NCBI GenBank assembly: GCA_036918135.1
Contig: JBALDB010000017.1
Coordinates: forward strand, 1 to 64,000
DNA: 64,000 nucleotides
Direction of reading: 5' to 3'
From: Nostoc sp.
Lineage (GTDB): Bacteria; Cyanobacteriota; Cyanobacteriia; Cyanobacteriales; Nostocaceae
Positions 1 to 10,170 of this stretch are shown in pieces; within the stretch, counting starts at the first letter, position 1; each line of letters starts with the position of its first letter. A model generated the notes under the pieces. It saw nothing but the letters and a program-made list of their open reading frames with translations. It made no database searches and had not been told where the DNA came from. The position numbers and the translations under genes are program-made.

Positions 1-27
1 GCAAGGGTTGCTGTTAGCAACCCTTGC
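1..27. repeat. Perfect hairpin with 12-bp stem (terminator- or REP-like)
   Basis: GCAAGGGTTGCT-GTT-AGCAACCCTTGC at the window edge. Confidence 0.55.
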
Positions 28-39
28 CCTCACCCCTCC

Positions 40-58
40 TATAATGATTATCATTTTT
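40..58. promoter_or_regulatory. Fur-box-like site
   Basis: TATAATGATTATCATTTTT matches 15/19 positions of GATAATGATAATCATTATC. Confidence 0.55.
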
Positions 59-478
59 ATTAGCTGTATATTTTATTTCTTGGAAGTCCCTTAGACTAGA
101 TAGATTACCTTAACAAACAAACCCAATAATCTTAAAACTTCATCCCTGTCTTAAAAGTAGGGAGTGGAGAGTAAGGAAATAAATTTTTATTATACTTGGC
201 TGTGGTTTTTTTGTGTAAGTAGCTCTTTTGAAAATTTTAGCTCCAAAAAGACCCTTATTTATTTACTTTTTGCCTTATAAGTGAAATCTTCAGTAATACA
301 CAGACTCTGTATTTTAAATCATTTTTATATTGAATAGCACTTAAAATTAAGCCATCTAGGAGCCAGTATTAAGTGTTTAAAGCTACAAATAAGTATTTGT
401 TCTTCATAAAACGACATAATTCGGTAAAATTAGGTAAAGCAATTTTTACGCTTGTTAAACAAAGGCCTGTGCAAACCC

Positions 479-1519
479 ATGCAACTGAAACTCAGTGCAT
501 TCCGACTTACCTTTGCTCCTGTTTTATTGATTGCCCCCTTTTTCCTATGGGGGACAGCAATGGTGGCAATGAAAGGAGTGATACCCCACACTACACCCTT
601 ATTTATGGCAGGCGTGCGTCTGCTGCCAGCTGGGGTGTTAATTTTGATAGCAGCAGCATTGATGGGTAGACCACAGCCAAAAACTTGGACTGCGTGGCTA
701 TGGATTGCCTTATTTGCCTTAGTAGATGGAACATTGTTTCAAGGATTTTTGGCAGAAGGATTAGTTAGAACCAGTGCTGGGTTAGGGTCTGTGATGATTG
801 ACTCGCAACCTTTGGCTGTAGCTTTGCTGTCGTTGTGGTTATTCCAGGAACGCATTGGTTTTTGGGGATGGCTGGGGTTAGGCTTGGGAGTCACGGGTAT
901 TAGTTTGATTGGCTTCCCACAAGAGTGGATTTTCCATATTCTTGATTCGGGTGCAAATGTCACAATTGGTAACTGGCAAGATTTGTTTGCCAGTGGTGAG
1001 TGGTTGATGTTGCTAGCAGCCTTATCAATGGCAGTAGGAACAGTATTAATTCGGTATGTCTGTCGACATACTGACCCAGTAACCGCTACAGGATGGCATA
1101 TGATTTTGGGTGGATTGCCACTATGGGGTATTTCATCGGTTGTGGAATCCCAGCAATGGCAGAATTTAGGAGCATCTGATTTAGTGGCTCTCGGTTATGC
1201 TACCGTATTCGGCAGTGCGATCGCCTACGGATTATTTTTCTACTTTGCCTCTAGTGGTAGTCTCACTAGTCTAAGTTCCCTCACCTTCCTCACACCCGTC
1301 TTTGCCTTACTATTTGGTAATCTCTTCCTAACAGAAGTCCTCAGCCCCTTACAGTGGCTAGGTGTTTTCCTAACTTTAATCAGCATCTACTTAATTAACC
1401 AACGTGATACTCTAGCACGGCAGAATAACACGATTAGTGTTGGCGAACAAGCTAATATACAGCAACCAGTTTTAAAAGCATCTACCAAAAAATTTGACCC
1501 TGTGGGGACTAGGGAATAG
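479..1519 (+). CDS. DMT/EamA family transporter
   Basis: About 10 hydrophobic segments in two EamA-like halves (LWGTAMVAMKG; YATVFGSAIAYGLFF); ATG at 479 preferred to TTG at 452. Confidence 0.9.
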   Translation: MQLKLSAFRLTFAPVLLIAPFFLWGTAMVAMKGVIPHTTPLFMAGVRLLPAGVLILIAAALMGRPQPKTWTAWLWIALFALVDGTLFQGFLAEGLVRTSAGLGSVMIDSQPLAVALLSLWLFQERIGFWGWLGLGLGVTGISLIGFPQEWIFHILDSGANVTIGNWQDLFASGEWLMLLAALSMAVGTVLIRYVCRHTDPVTATGWHMILGGLPLWGISSVVESQQWQNLGASDLVALGYATVFGSAIAYGLFFYFASSGSLTSLSSLTFLTPVFALLFGNLFLTEVLSPLQWLGVFLTLISIYLINQRDTLARQNNTISVGEQANIQQPVLKASTKKFDPVGTRE

Positions 1520-1649
1520 ATAATAGGTATTTGAATCACCAATCCCTAATTCTCTATAACAAATAACAAATAACAGTTAACATTTGGACGCCTTAAAGGT
1601 ATTGTAATATCAATAACTTCAAAAGCACGTTTAGGCTGAAACTTGCAAT

Positions 1650-2786
1650 ATGAGGCTATGCCGTTCCTCAATCCTGATATTTACCTGTTTTTATTGCCTG
1701 GGTTTTTACTTAAATCGCCCAAGCACAGCTACATCTAACCCAGTAGCTGAAGTTTTAGAACTTGCACAAGCTAATTCGAGGGTTTCTGCTAGTCCGACTG
1801 TTTTGAGATATGGTAGTCGAAAATCAGATGTGCAGAGACTACAAATCCAATTAAAGGAGTTGGGATATTACAGAGGGGTGGTAAATGGACAATACAACCC
1901 CGCGACAGAAATCGCTGTAGCGAAATTTCAGAAAGTAAAGGGTTTAAAAATAGATGGCATTGTTGGTTTAGAGACTAGGAAGAGACTGCAAGCAGCCTTA
2001 GCAGCTAAAAAGCAGATTGTCACTTCTCCAATTGTTGCCTCTGGTACTGTGACTCCTAAGCCAACTGCAAGACCTCAGCCAACTGAGAGAGATTTTGTGT
2101 GGTGGTTAATATTTGCCGTTGGTGTTTTAGGAAGTGTTGGGGCATTTCTTTACCTGCTGAGATGGTTTGTTCAAGTCAAGCAAGTACAAAAGTCGGAAAT
2201 ATCAAATAATAAAAGTTTGAATAAAGTAAAAAAAGACCCGATTACAGCACCTTCAGCAGAGAATCTAACTAGTCCATATACAGCCCAGCTACCACCGAAT
2301 ACACAATTGCTGCTACCAGAAAAAACTTCTCGTCTTGCTAAACTTAATATCGTTGAGGAATTAATTCAAGATTTAAGTAGCCCTGACCCGACAAAGCGGC
2401 GCAAGGCGATTTGGGATTTGGGTCAGCAGGGAGATTCCCGGGCAATTCAGCCAATGGTTGACCTGATGATTGATGCTGATTCTCAAGAAAGCAGTTTAAT
2501 TTTGGCAGCTTTGACCGAAATCGGTGCCCGGACACTTAAACCGATGAACCGTGCTTTGGCAATCTCAATGCAAGATGAAAGTCCACAAGTGCGGCAAAAT
2601 GCAATCCGTGACTTGACACGTGTTTATGACATGATGAGTCAAATGAGTCAAATACTCTCTCATGCACTCGAAGATCCAGATGACGAAGTGCAAGCAACAG
2701 CACGATACGCTTTAAGTCAGATGAATAGAATACGTGCCTTACCGGAACAACAGAATATAGCAAAAGATTCACACACTAATTTGTAA
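1650..2786 (+). CDS. Peptidoglycan-binding domain + transmembrane helix + HEAT-repeat protein
   Basis: LRYGSRKSDVQRLQIQLKELGYY...FQKVKGLKIDGIVG (PG_binding_1), one TM helix, HEAT-like C-terminus (RRKAIWDLGQQGD, VRQNAIRDL). Confidence 0.85.
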   Translation: MRLCRSSILIFTCFYCLGFYLNRPSTATSNPVAEVLELAQANSRVSASPTVLRYGSRKSDVQRLQIQLKELGYYRGVVNGQYNPATEIAVAKFQKVKGLKIDGIVGLETRKRLQAALAAKKQIVTSPIVASGTVTPKPTARPQPTERDFVWWLIFAVGVLGSVGAFLYLLRWFVQVKQVQKSEISNNKSLNKVKKDPITAPSAENLTSPYTAQLPPNTQLLLPEKTSRLAKLNIVEELIQDLSSPDPTKRRKAIWDLGQQGDSRAIQPMVDLMIDADSQESSLILAALTEIGARTLKPMNRALAISMQDESPQVRQNAIRDLTRVYDMMSQMSQILSHALEDPDDEVQATARYALSQMNRIRALPEQQNIAKDSHTNL

Positions 2787-2848
2787 TTAAACGTCAGTTC
2801 TATAAATTTGTCTGACCTATCAGTGAGAGGTTAAGGTAATCGCACAAA

Positions 2849-2976
2849 TATAGCCGTAGTCACATCCTTTAGGACATAATGACAAGCATGAATGCTAGGA
2901 ATAGTGATAGTTCTACCTCCTGCCTCCTGTCTCCTGCCTTGTCTTCGACACGCTACGCGAACTGCCTCCTGCTATA
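2849..2976 (+). mobile_element. MITE-like dispersed repeat, family A copy 1, with a nested small repeat
   Basis: TATAGCCGTAGTC...GGACAT...CTCCTGCC tract...TGCTATA; related copies at 25210, 30607 and 34712; inner CTTCGACACGCTACGCGAAC insert. Confidence 0.7.
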
Positions 2977-3342
2977 TATCAAGAAACTAGGCAAATAGAT
3001 GTTAAAGTAATTCTGTATATACATTTGAGCCTTTTTTGAGGCTACTTTTTGTCTAAGTTCCATTATCAAGAAGATGCTGTTGGCAAAATATTGCTTAACA
3101 TTTCTAAGCAGGTAAACTTCATCAATTTACCTATCGCGATAGATGCATAAATTTTACAACCTATATTCTGCAATTCAAGTAGTCTATGCGATCGCTGTTT
3201 GGTCAAAGACACATCTAAGACGACTAGAAAATTAGCGATCGCTGTAATTTATTGACAAAAATTGATTGCTATTCATTCTGACCGCAACTACTGTGAACCA
3301 CCGCAATAAGTAGCCCACCAAGAATTGAATAAAGCAAGCCAG

Positions 3343-6006
3343 TTAAAACTCCCAACTAATGGAACCCGTGATTGTTAACGGATAACCTCTTTGAACATTA
3401 ACTATGCTGTAAGATGATTCTGCATAGTCTGTATTAAATAAATTACGGACATTAATCGCTGCCTTAAAACCATTTCTTTTGTAGAAAAGCGCCGCATCAG
3501 TCCGCAAGTAATCTCGGAGTGTAAACGAGTTCTCTAGATCGCCTTGCCGCTCACCTACATAAAACAGCCCCAAACCACCTCCAAACCCTTTCAAATCACC
3601 CTCTTGAATCTCATAGGTTGTCCAAAGGCTGACTTGATTTTTGGGTATACCGTTTAATAGATTGCCTACAGGAATGAGATTATCTGCGGTTACTTTTGCA
3701 TCGGTATAGGTATAGGAACCAATTACCTTCAGCCCTGGCAAAATTTCACCCGCAATATCCAACTCAATTCCTCGACTTTGCTGCTCCCCGGTCTGAATGG
3801 AGAAACCTTGCCTAGCTCGTTCGGGATCGGGATCGGGGGTTAACACATTTGTCTTAGTAAGCTGATAGGCAGCTAACGTTGTCGAAAGCTTTCCGTCTAG
3901 AAAATCTGCTTTGACACCGACTTCATATTGGGTTCCCCGGCTCGGCTCAAACGCTCTTTGATCCAGGTTAAATCCTCTAGACAGCCTAAAAGAGCTACTG
4001 TAGCTGGTATAAAGAGAAATCGTTTTGCTGGGCTGATACACTAAGCCAATTCGAGGGCTGAAGGCACCATCATTTTGTACCGTCCGATCGAAATCTGGTG
4101 CTTCAAATTCATCGGATAACCAATCATAGCGACCACCAATCAGGAGTTTCAGATTATCACTAAACGCGATCTGATCCTGAAGGTAGACTCCGTATGATTG
4201 AGTCCTGGTCGTACCCTCACCTCTTGAATCAAATTCGGGTCTTGATGGAAGGTCGTAATTTGGGTTGAGAATATCAAGATCGGGCAAATTACTAATACTA
4301 GAGAAAAGGTATACTTCTTTCTGGAAAAAGCGGTTTATATCAAAGCCCACTAAAAGTTGGTGAGAAATCGATCCGGTATTAAATTTCCCTAGCACGTCGA
4401 TTTGTCCAAAATAGTTTTCAAGTTTAATGTCACCCTCACTAGCTCCATAGCCTGTGAGGAAGCGATCGTCCACTATTTGGCTAGGACCAGATGAATTTTG
4501 GTTTCTACGATTAAGAATTACAGATGTACTATTACGAAGCTGCCAGTTGTCGCTAAATTCATGCTTTAGTGTGTATCCAAATTTTTGCGTCGTGATATCG
4601 GTCAAGTCTAAACTAGGATAACCCGTATAGAAGCTCTGAGGTGTCAAGCTACCATCACTCAAGAGCGCAACAACACTTCTAGGAGGGTCTCCAAAAAAGT
4701 GAGTGTATTCATAGTACAGATTCAGGCTTGTGCGATCGCCCAAGTTGACTGTGATTGAGGGTGCAATGGTGGTCACTTGGGTGTTGACAAAATTTTGAAA
4801 ACCGTTTGCACCCTGATAACTGGCAATCAAGCGGTAAAGCACAGTTTTATCGGCAGTCAAGGGACTTGAAAAATCAATCAGGGGCTGATAAAAGCCATAA
4901 CTTCCTGCCTCAAATTCGAGCTTGTAATAGGGTTCACTCAAGGGTTGTTTGGTGACAATGTTAACAATTCCACCAGGCTCTATAGAACCAAACAGAACTG
5001 AGGCAGGTCCTTTAAGGACTTCCACTTGCTCAATGGTTCCAACTGGTTCCAAGAGGTTGTCCAAAGTAAAGCTGCCTTCTGAAAGACCGTTGCGTAAATT
5101 TGTTTCCGCAGCAAATCCTCTGATGGATCTGGCTCCGCCAGTCGCACCGCTCGAATCTGTAGTATTTGAAACGCCACTGACCGTTTCCACTGACTCGTTT
5201 AAAGTTCTCACATTACGATCTTCCAGCACCTCTCGCGGTACAACTTGAATCGATTGGGGAATATCCCGTAGCGGGGTGTCGGTTTTTGTGGCTGTTGACG
5301 CATTTGGCGCATTATAGCCATCTTGCTCACCCGTCACCACCAACTCAATCGGCTCATCCTGCTGGGCTCCTGGTTTTTCTTGGGGTGTTTCACTAGCAGG
5401 GGTTTGGGGTTGTTGCGGTGGCTGTGTTGCCGTTGCCTGTGATGTTACCCCAAAAACTAGCCCGACATTATCATCAAATAATTCAACTGTGGGTAAAGCC
5501 TTTTCACCTACTACTGTCACTCGCACAGTATTTGCATCAATATTCTGTACTGTAATCTCAGTAATTCCCGCAAGTGGTTTCTCCGAACGGAATGTGAAAG
5601 CATTACCATCAGTTAAACGCAACTGCCCGCCAGATACATCAGCAATAAAATTATTACCCGTACTACGATTTGTGACTTGCAGTTTAGTCCCAAGCGAGGT
5701 CTCTAAAATCACCTCGACACCTTGAGGAGTGGGGTTGGCTTTAACGGACGTTATTGGTACAACTTGAGTTGCTCTTGGTGGGCTTGGTGTTGGCGACTGC
5801 ACTAGCATGGTTGCGCTAGTATTGGGACGCTCTATCTCACTGAGTCTTGGAATCTCTTTAATTGACCGGGAATTGCGTAGTACCGATGCTATTAATTTAC
5901 TTTCTCCCTCTTGCTTTGGTACTTCACTAGCAACTGCGCTGATTGCACCCCAAAGCCAAACAGAAATCGTCAGTAAGAAAATCTTTACTAACTGCTTTTG
6001 TTTCAC
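3343..6006 (-). CDS. TonB-dependent siderophore receptor with N-terminal AMIN domain
   Basis: Signal peptide, AMIN region, ELVVTGEQ TonB box, plug motifs TKTDTPLRDIPQSIQVV and IEQVEVLKGPASVLFG, C-terminal WEF; GTG start at 6006 by analogy to the paralog. Confidence 0.93.
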   Translation of the reverse strand: MKQKQLVKIFLLTISVWLWGAISAVASEVPKQEGESKLIASVLRNSRSIKEIPRLSEIERPNTSATMLVQSPTPSPPRATQVVPITSVKANPTPQGVEVILETSLGTKLQVTNRSTGNNFIADVSGGQLRLTDGNAFTFRSEKPLAGITEITVQNIDANTVRVTVVGEKALPTVELFDDNVGLVFGVTSQATATQPPQQPQTPASETPQEKPGAQQDEPIELVVTGEQDGYNAPNASTATKTDTPLRDIPQSIQVVPREVLEDRNVRTLNESVETVSGVSNTTDSSGATGGARSIRGFAAETNLRNGLSEGSFTLDNLLEPVGTIEQVEVLKGPASVLFGSIEPGGIVNIVTKQPLSEPYYKLEFEAGSYGFYQPLIDFSSPLTADKTVLYRLIASYQGANGFQNFVNTQVTTIAPSITVNLGDRTSLNLYYEYTHFFGDPPRSVVALLSDGSLTPQSFYTGYPSLDLTDITTQKFGYTLKHEFSDNWQLRNSTSVILNRRNQNSSGPSQIVDDRFLTGYGASEGDIKLENYFGQIDVLGKFNTGSISHQLLVGFDINRFFQKEVYLFSSISNLPDLDILNPNYDLPSRPEFDSRGEGTTRTQSYGVYLQDQIAFSDNLKLLIGGRYDWLSDEFEAPDFDRTVQNDGAFSPRIGLVYQPSKTISLYTSYSSSFRLSRGFNLDQRAFEPSRGTQYEVGVKADFLDGKLSTTLAAYQLTKTNVLTPDPDPERARQGFSIQTGEQQSRGIELDIAGEILPGLKVIGSYTYTDAKVTADNLIPVGNLLNGIPKNQVSLWTTYEIQEGDLKGFGGGLGLFYVGERQGDLENSFTLRDYLRTDAALFYKRNGFKAAINVRNLFNTDYAESSYSIVNVQRGYPLTITGSISWEF

Positions 6007-6084
6007 ATTGTTACCCCACACCAAACTCAAACAAGAATTCTTTTCAATAAACACTATCAGTAATCTAGTGCCATGAGAAAGCTG

Positions 6085-6120
6085 TTTTGGTCGCTAGCGG
6101 GAGTTTTTTTTGGTCGCTAT
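6085..6120 (-). promoter_or_regulatory. Direct-repeat pair, candidate AraC binding site for receptor 1
   Basis: TTTTGGTCGCTA twice with 23-bp period; same arrangement upstream of receptor 2. Confidence 0.5.
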
Positions 6121-6155
6121 CAGGAGTATTTGCGTTGCATCAAGTTTGAGCGAGA

Positions 6156-6192
6156 GCGTAGACGCTTTTGAGCGGCTTGCCGCAGGCATCGC
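6156..6192 (-). repeat. Small dispersed repeat apparently inserted into a HIP1 site
   Basis: Minus strand GCGATGCCTGCGGCAAGCCGCTCAAAAGCGTCTACGC with GCGAT...CGC ends. Confidence 0.55.
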
Positions 6193-6246
6193 GTTGTGAA
6201 AAAAATGGATAAAGTCGGCTAAACAAGCAGCAACAAAGCCAGCTAG

Positions 6247-8877
6247 TTAAAATTCCCAACTTATAGAGCCAACAATGCTAAGAGGTTCGCCGATGCCGAT
6301 AAAGCTCCTATCACCTTCAACAGTGCTTGGATAGTATATATCGAACAAATTGCGGATATTGATTGCAGCTTTGAGGCGATCGCGTCGATAATAAAGTGCT
6401 GCATCAGTCCGCAAATAATCGTTTACTTGAAACGAGTTAGCCAAGTCGCCCTCTCTTGAACCTACATAAAATAGTCCCAGACCGAATCCTAAACCTTGCA
6501 AATCTCCTTGTTGAATTTCATAGGTTGTCCAAAGACTGGCCTGATGCTCTGGTACGTTCAGCAATCGATTACCTACGGGAATATCATTATCTTTAGTGAC
6601 TTCTGCGTCAGTATAAGCATAGGACGCAATCACCTTCAGCCCAGGCAGGATTTCACCGGAAACATCGAGTTCGATTCCCTGACTGCGCTGTTCCCCAGTC
6701 AGGATAAAAGACCCAGGATTATCCAAATCGGAGGTGACCACATTTGTCTTGGTGAGATGATAGGCTGCCAGGTTAGTTGATAGCTTGCCGTCTAAAAATT
6801 CACCTCTTACCCCTATTTCGTACTGGGTGCCTCTGCTTGGCTCAAACAGTTCATTATCCACGCTGCGTCCTGAGTTTGGTACAAAAGAGCGACTGTAGCT
6901 GGCATAAAGAGAAACTGGTTCAATTGGTTGATAGACCAAGCCAATGCGGGGACTGAAGGCTTCACCTTCGGTTGTGAATTGAGAACCTGCTTCTTCATAT
7001 ACACTTAATGCCCAGTCATAGCGACCACCAATCAGTAGTTTTAAGTTATCGCTAAACGCAATCCGATCCTGAAGAGAAACTCCGTAATTTCGAGTATAGC
7101 CTTCGCCCTTGGGAGCCACTGGAAAATCAGGCTTTGAGATGTTGTAATCGGGGCCGGAGATATCTAGAGGAGGCAGAGTGGCGGTTGACCTTTGAGCATC
7201 ATTGACTCCAAGGGTAAAATCAAATCCAACTAAGAGTTGATGTGAGATCGATCCCGTCTTAAACTTTCCAAGTAAATCGGTTTGCCCAGAATAGTTATCG
7301 CTTGTGTAACTAATATCTGCTGCTTCTATGTTTAAGAAGCGATCGTCAACCAGGGAACCGAATGGTTCCACATTACTAGTCTTGTTAGAGACAACAGCAA
7401 GATTGTTGCGAATTTGCCAATTATCGCTAAACTCGTGGTTGAGTGTATAGCCATATTTCTGCGTGGTGACATTAACCGACGCTATGTCAGGGTAAGAAAG
7501 ATAGCGATTTCGAGGGGTTAGGCGACCATCACTCAGAAGCGTAGCATAACCTAGAGGAGGATTTGCATTGTAGTCTAGGTACTCATAGTAGAGATTTAGC
7601 TTTGTCCGCTTTCCAATATTAAACGTAATTGAGGGGGCAACAGTGGTAAAGTTAGTGTGGACAAAATCTTGAAAACTGTCCGATGCTTCATAACTGGCAA
7701 TAAAGCGGTAAAGCACGGTTTTATCATCGCTCAATGGCCCTGATAAATCGATGATGGGCTGATAATATCCAAAGCTACCTGCCTCGAATGCTAAATTGTA
7801 ATACGGTTCACTCAGGGGTTGTCGGGTTACTACATTGACGATGCCGCCTGGTTCTACTTGTCCAAACAGAACTGAGGCGGGACCCTTGAGAACTTCTATC
7901 CGTTCAATCGTATTAGTGCCGCCTGCTATTTCATACAACGAAACGTCCCGAAAGCCGTTGCGGAAATTTCCTGTTTGATTAAATCCTCTAATGGTCAGTG
8001 CTTGTGAAGGTGTACCGAAGTTATTACCACGGTTGACAACGCCACTAACGGTTTCCACAGTCTCGGCGATCGTTCTGGTGTTGCGGTCTTCAATCACCTG
8101 TCGCGGCACCACCTGAATCGATTGTGGGATATCGCGTAAAGGTGTGTCTGTTCGCGTTGCTGTCGTTGCATCAGGTACGTTATACCCATCTTGCTCCCCC
8201 GTTACTACTAACTCAATCGGCTCATCCTGCTGTGAGTCAAGTGGTTTTTCTTGGGGTATCTCACTAGCAGGGGTTTGGGGTTGTTGCGGTGGCTGTGTTG
8301 CCGTTGCCGTAGATGCTACTCCAAAAACTAGCCCAGCATTATCATCAAATAACTCAACTGTGGGCAAAGCTTTCTTACCTACCACCGTGACTCGCACAGT
8401 ATTTGCATCAATATTGATTACTGTTATTTCAGTAATTCCCGCAAGGGGTTTGTCGGAACGAAATGTGAAAGTATTGCCATTAGCTAAACGCAACTGTCCA
8501 CCAGATACATCTGTAATGAAATTGCTGCCAGCACTGCGATTTATAACTTGCAGTTGAGTTCCTTGGGTTGTCTCTAAAATTATCTCCACACCTTGAGGAG
8601 TGGGGTTGGCTTTAACGGACGTTATTGGTACAACTTGAGTTACTCTTGGTGGGCTTGGTGTTGGTGACTGTACCAGCGTAGTTGCGCTGGTAATTGGACG
8701 CTCTATCTCACTGAGTCTTGGAATCTCTTTAATTGACCGGGAATTGCGTAGTAATGATGCCACAGATTTATTTTGTACCTCTTGCTTTAGTACAACACTT
8801 GCAGCTGCGCTGATTGCACCCCAAAGCCAAACGGAAATCATCAGTAAGAAAATCTTTACTAACTGTTTTTGTTTCAC
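6247..8877 (-). CDS. TonB-dependent siderophore receptor with N-terminal AMIN domain
   Basis: Same architecture as the neighbour: ELVVTGEQ, TRTDTPLRDIPQSIQVV, IERIEVLKGPASVLFG, terminal WEF. Confidence 0.93.
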   Translation of the reverse strand: MKQKQLVKIFLLMISVWLWGAISAAASVVLKQEVQNKSVASLLRNSRSIKEIPRLSEIERPITSATTLVQSPTPSPPRVTQVVPITSVKANPTPQGVEIILETTQGTQLQVINRSAGSNFITDVSGGQLRLANGNTFTFRSDKPLAGITEITVINIDANTVRVTVVGKKALPTVELFDDNAGLVFGVASTATATQPPQQPQTPASEIPQEKPLDSQQDEPIELVVTGEQDGYNVPDATTATRTDTPLRDIPQSIQVVPRQVIEDRNTRTIAETVETVSGVVNRGNNFGTPSQALTIRGFNQTGNFRNGFRDVSLYEIAGGTNTIERIEVLKGPASVLFGQVEPGGIVNVVTRQPLSEPYYNLAFEAGSFGYYQPIIDLSGPLSDDKTVLYRFIASYEASDSFQDFVHTNFTTVAPSITFNIGKRTKLNLYYEYLDYNANPPLGYATLLSDGRLTPRNRYLSYPDIASVNVTTQKYGYTLNHEFSDNWQIRNNLAVVSNKTSNVEPFGSLVDDRFLNIEAADISYTSDNYSGQTDLLGKFKTGSISHQLLVGFDFTLGVNDAQRSTATLPPLDISGPDYNISKPDFPVAPKGEGYTRNYGVSLQDRIAFSDNLKLLIGGRYDWALSVYEEAGSQFTTEGEAFSPRIGLVYQPIEPVSLYASYSRSFVPNSGRSVDNELFEPSRGTQYEIGVRGEFLDGKLSTNLAAYHLTKTNVVTSDLDNPGSFILTGEQRSQGIELDVSGEILPGLKVIASYAYTDAEVTKDNDIPVGNRLLNVPEHQASLWTTYEIQQGDLQGLGFGLGLFYVGSREGDLANSFQVNDYLRTDAALYYRRDRLKAAINIRNLFDIYYPSTVEGDRSFIGIGEPLSIVGSISWEF

Positions 8878-8954
8878 TTGTTACCCCACACCAAACTCAA
8901 ACAAGAATTCTTTTCAACAAACACTACCAGTAATCCAGTGCCATAAGAAAGCTG

Positions 8955-8990
8955 TTTTGGTCGCTAGCAGGAGTTTTTTTTGGTCGATAT
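8955..8990 (-). promoter_or_regulatory. Direct-repeat pair, candidate AraC binding site for receptor 2
   Basis: TTTTGGTCGCTA and TTTTGGTCGATA with 23-bp period, immediately after the AraC stop codon. Confidence 0.5.
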
Positions 8991-9991
8991 CAGGAGTGTT
9001 TGCGTTGCATTGAGTATTCTTTGGGGTTGACACCAAATTTTTTCCTAAAAGCAGCAGCAAAATGATTCCGACTGGCAAAGCCGATTTTTTGGGCAACTTC
9101 ACTCACCCTCATGTCCCTAGTTTCTAGCAATTGACGCGCCTGTTCTAAGCGGTAATCGTGGAGATAAGCAAACAAGGGTTTGCCGAACACCTGTAGAAAC
9201 CCGCGCTTGAGTGCATACTCATTGAGTTTGACTAAGCGTGCTAGTTCTGCGGTAGAAGGTGGATTGTCTAGCTGTTGCAATAACAAGTCTCTGGCATCGA
9301 TAATCCGCTCTAATGTTCCAGGCTTTAGCGGCTTGGGTGTCCGGCTTCCCATCTGAATTTCTGCTTCTTGCTCTAGCAGCAATGCTAATAGTTCCAGCAC
9401 TTTGCCTTCGAGGTATGTGCGCTTGATAATACCTTGATAGGGACAATGCAATATTCGTTGCACATTGTATTGCATCATCGGAGTCATGACGTTAGAGCGA
9501 AAGTGGTAAGGTTGCTCTGGCTCACGCACTAAATGTTGCAATGCTTTCGGTAATTCTCCAGAAGAATTACCGACGAAGGACTGCAACAACTCTGGTTCTA
9601 AATGCACACCCACCAAAAGTTGCCGTCCTTGTGAAAACTTATCTTCTCCTTTAACAGCCATGCCACTGCCAAAAAAACCATACTGTCCGGCTTCTGTCTC
9701 ATTAACTGCCCAAAGAGAGCTTTCCCTCCACTGTCCTGAAAGCATAAACCAAAACTCTAAAGAATGTGGACGGTCAATGCTTTGTAGTATTAGATTTTCA
9801 TGGCGCTGATAGCTCTCAATCTCCAACACTAAGTTTTGTCGTAATTCAACTCGTCGATAATGTCCTTCTCCCAATGCCTGGGGACACTTATAGGTAATAT
9901 CTAACTCATCATCGGGGTCGTTATTTTGTGGAGTTTCATTCACTTCTTGAAAGAGTTGCCAATGCGCCTGTGCTGGAATAATAATGGTCAT
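8990..9991 (-). CDS. AraC family transcriptional regulator (PchR-like)
   Basis: C-terminal double HTH: ELARLVKLNEYALKRGFLQVFG...RLEQARQLL...VAQKIGFASRNHFAAAFRKKFGVNP; lies upstream of the receptors. Confidence 0.92.
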   Translation of the reverse strand: MTIIIPAQAHWQLFQEVNETPQNNDPDDELDITYKCPQALGEGHYRRVELRQNLVLEIESYQRHENLILQSIDRPHSLEFWFMLSGQWRESSLWAVNETEAGQYGFFGSGMAVKGEDKFSQGRQLLVGVHLEPELLQSFVGNSSGELPKALQHLVREPEQPYHFRSNVMTPMMQYNVQRILHCPYQGIIKRTYLEGKVLELLALLLEQEAEIQMGSRTPKPLKPGTLERIIDARDLLLQQLDNPPSTAELARLVKLNEYALKRGFLQVFGKPLFAYLHDYRLEQARQLLETRDMRVSEVAQKIGFASRNHFAAAFRKKFGVNPKEYSMQRKHS

Positions 9992-10011
9992 TATTCATCT
10001 GACTAAAACTT

Positions 10012-10030
10012 ATTGAGATTAATTATCACT
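10012..10030 (-). promoter_or_regulatory. Fur-box-like site upstream of the AraC/receptor cluster
   Basis: Minus strand AGTGATAATTAATCTCAAT, about 20 bp before the AraC start; iron-uptake context. Confidence 0.65.
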
Positions 10031-10170
10031 ATTTTATTAATGCTATACAAGTGAAATAATTGATAAAAACTAAGGGTAGTGGTAAATATCTGATAATGAA
10101 TTTACGCACTCCGGCAAGAATTACAATTCCGCTCAGACTTGTCTTTGTAACGGACTGGCTCCCCACTCTT

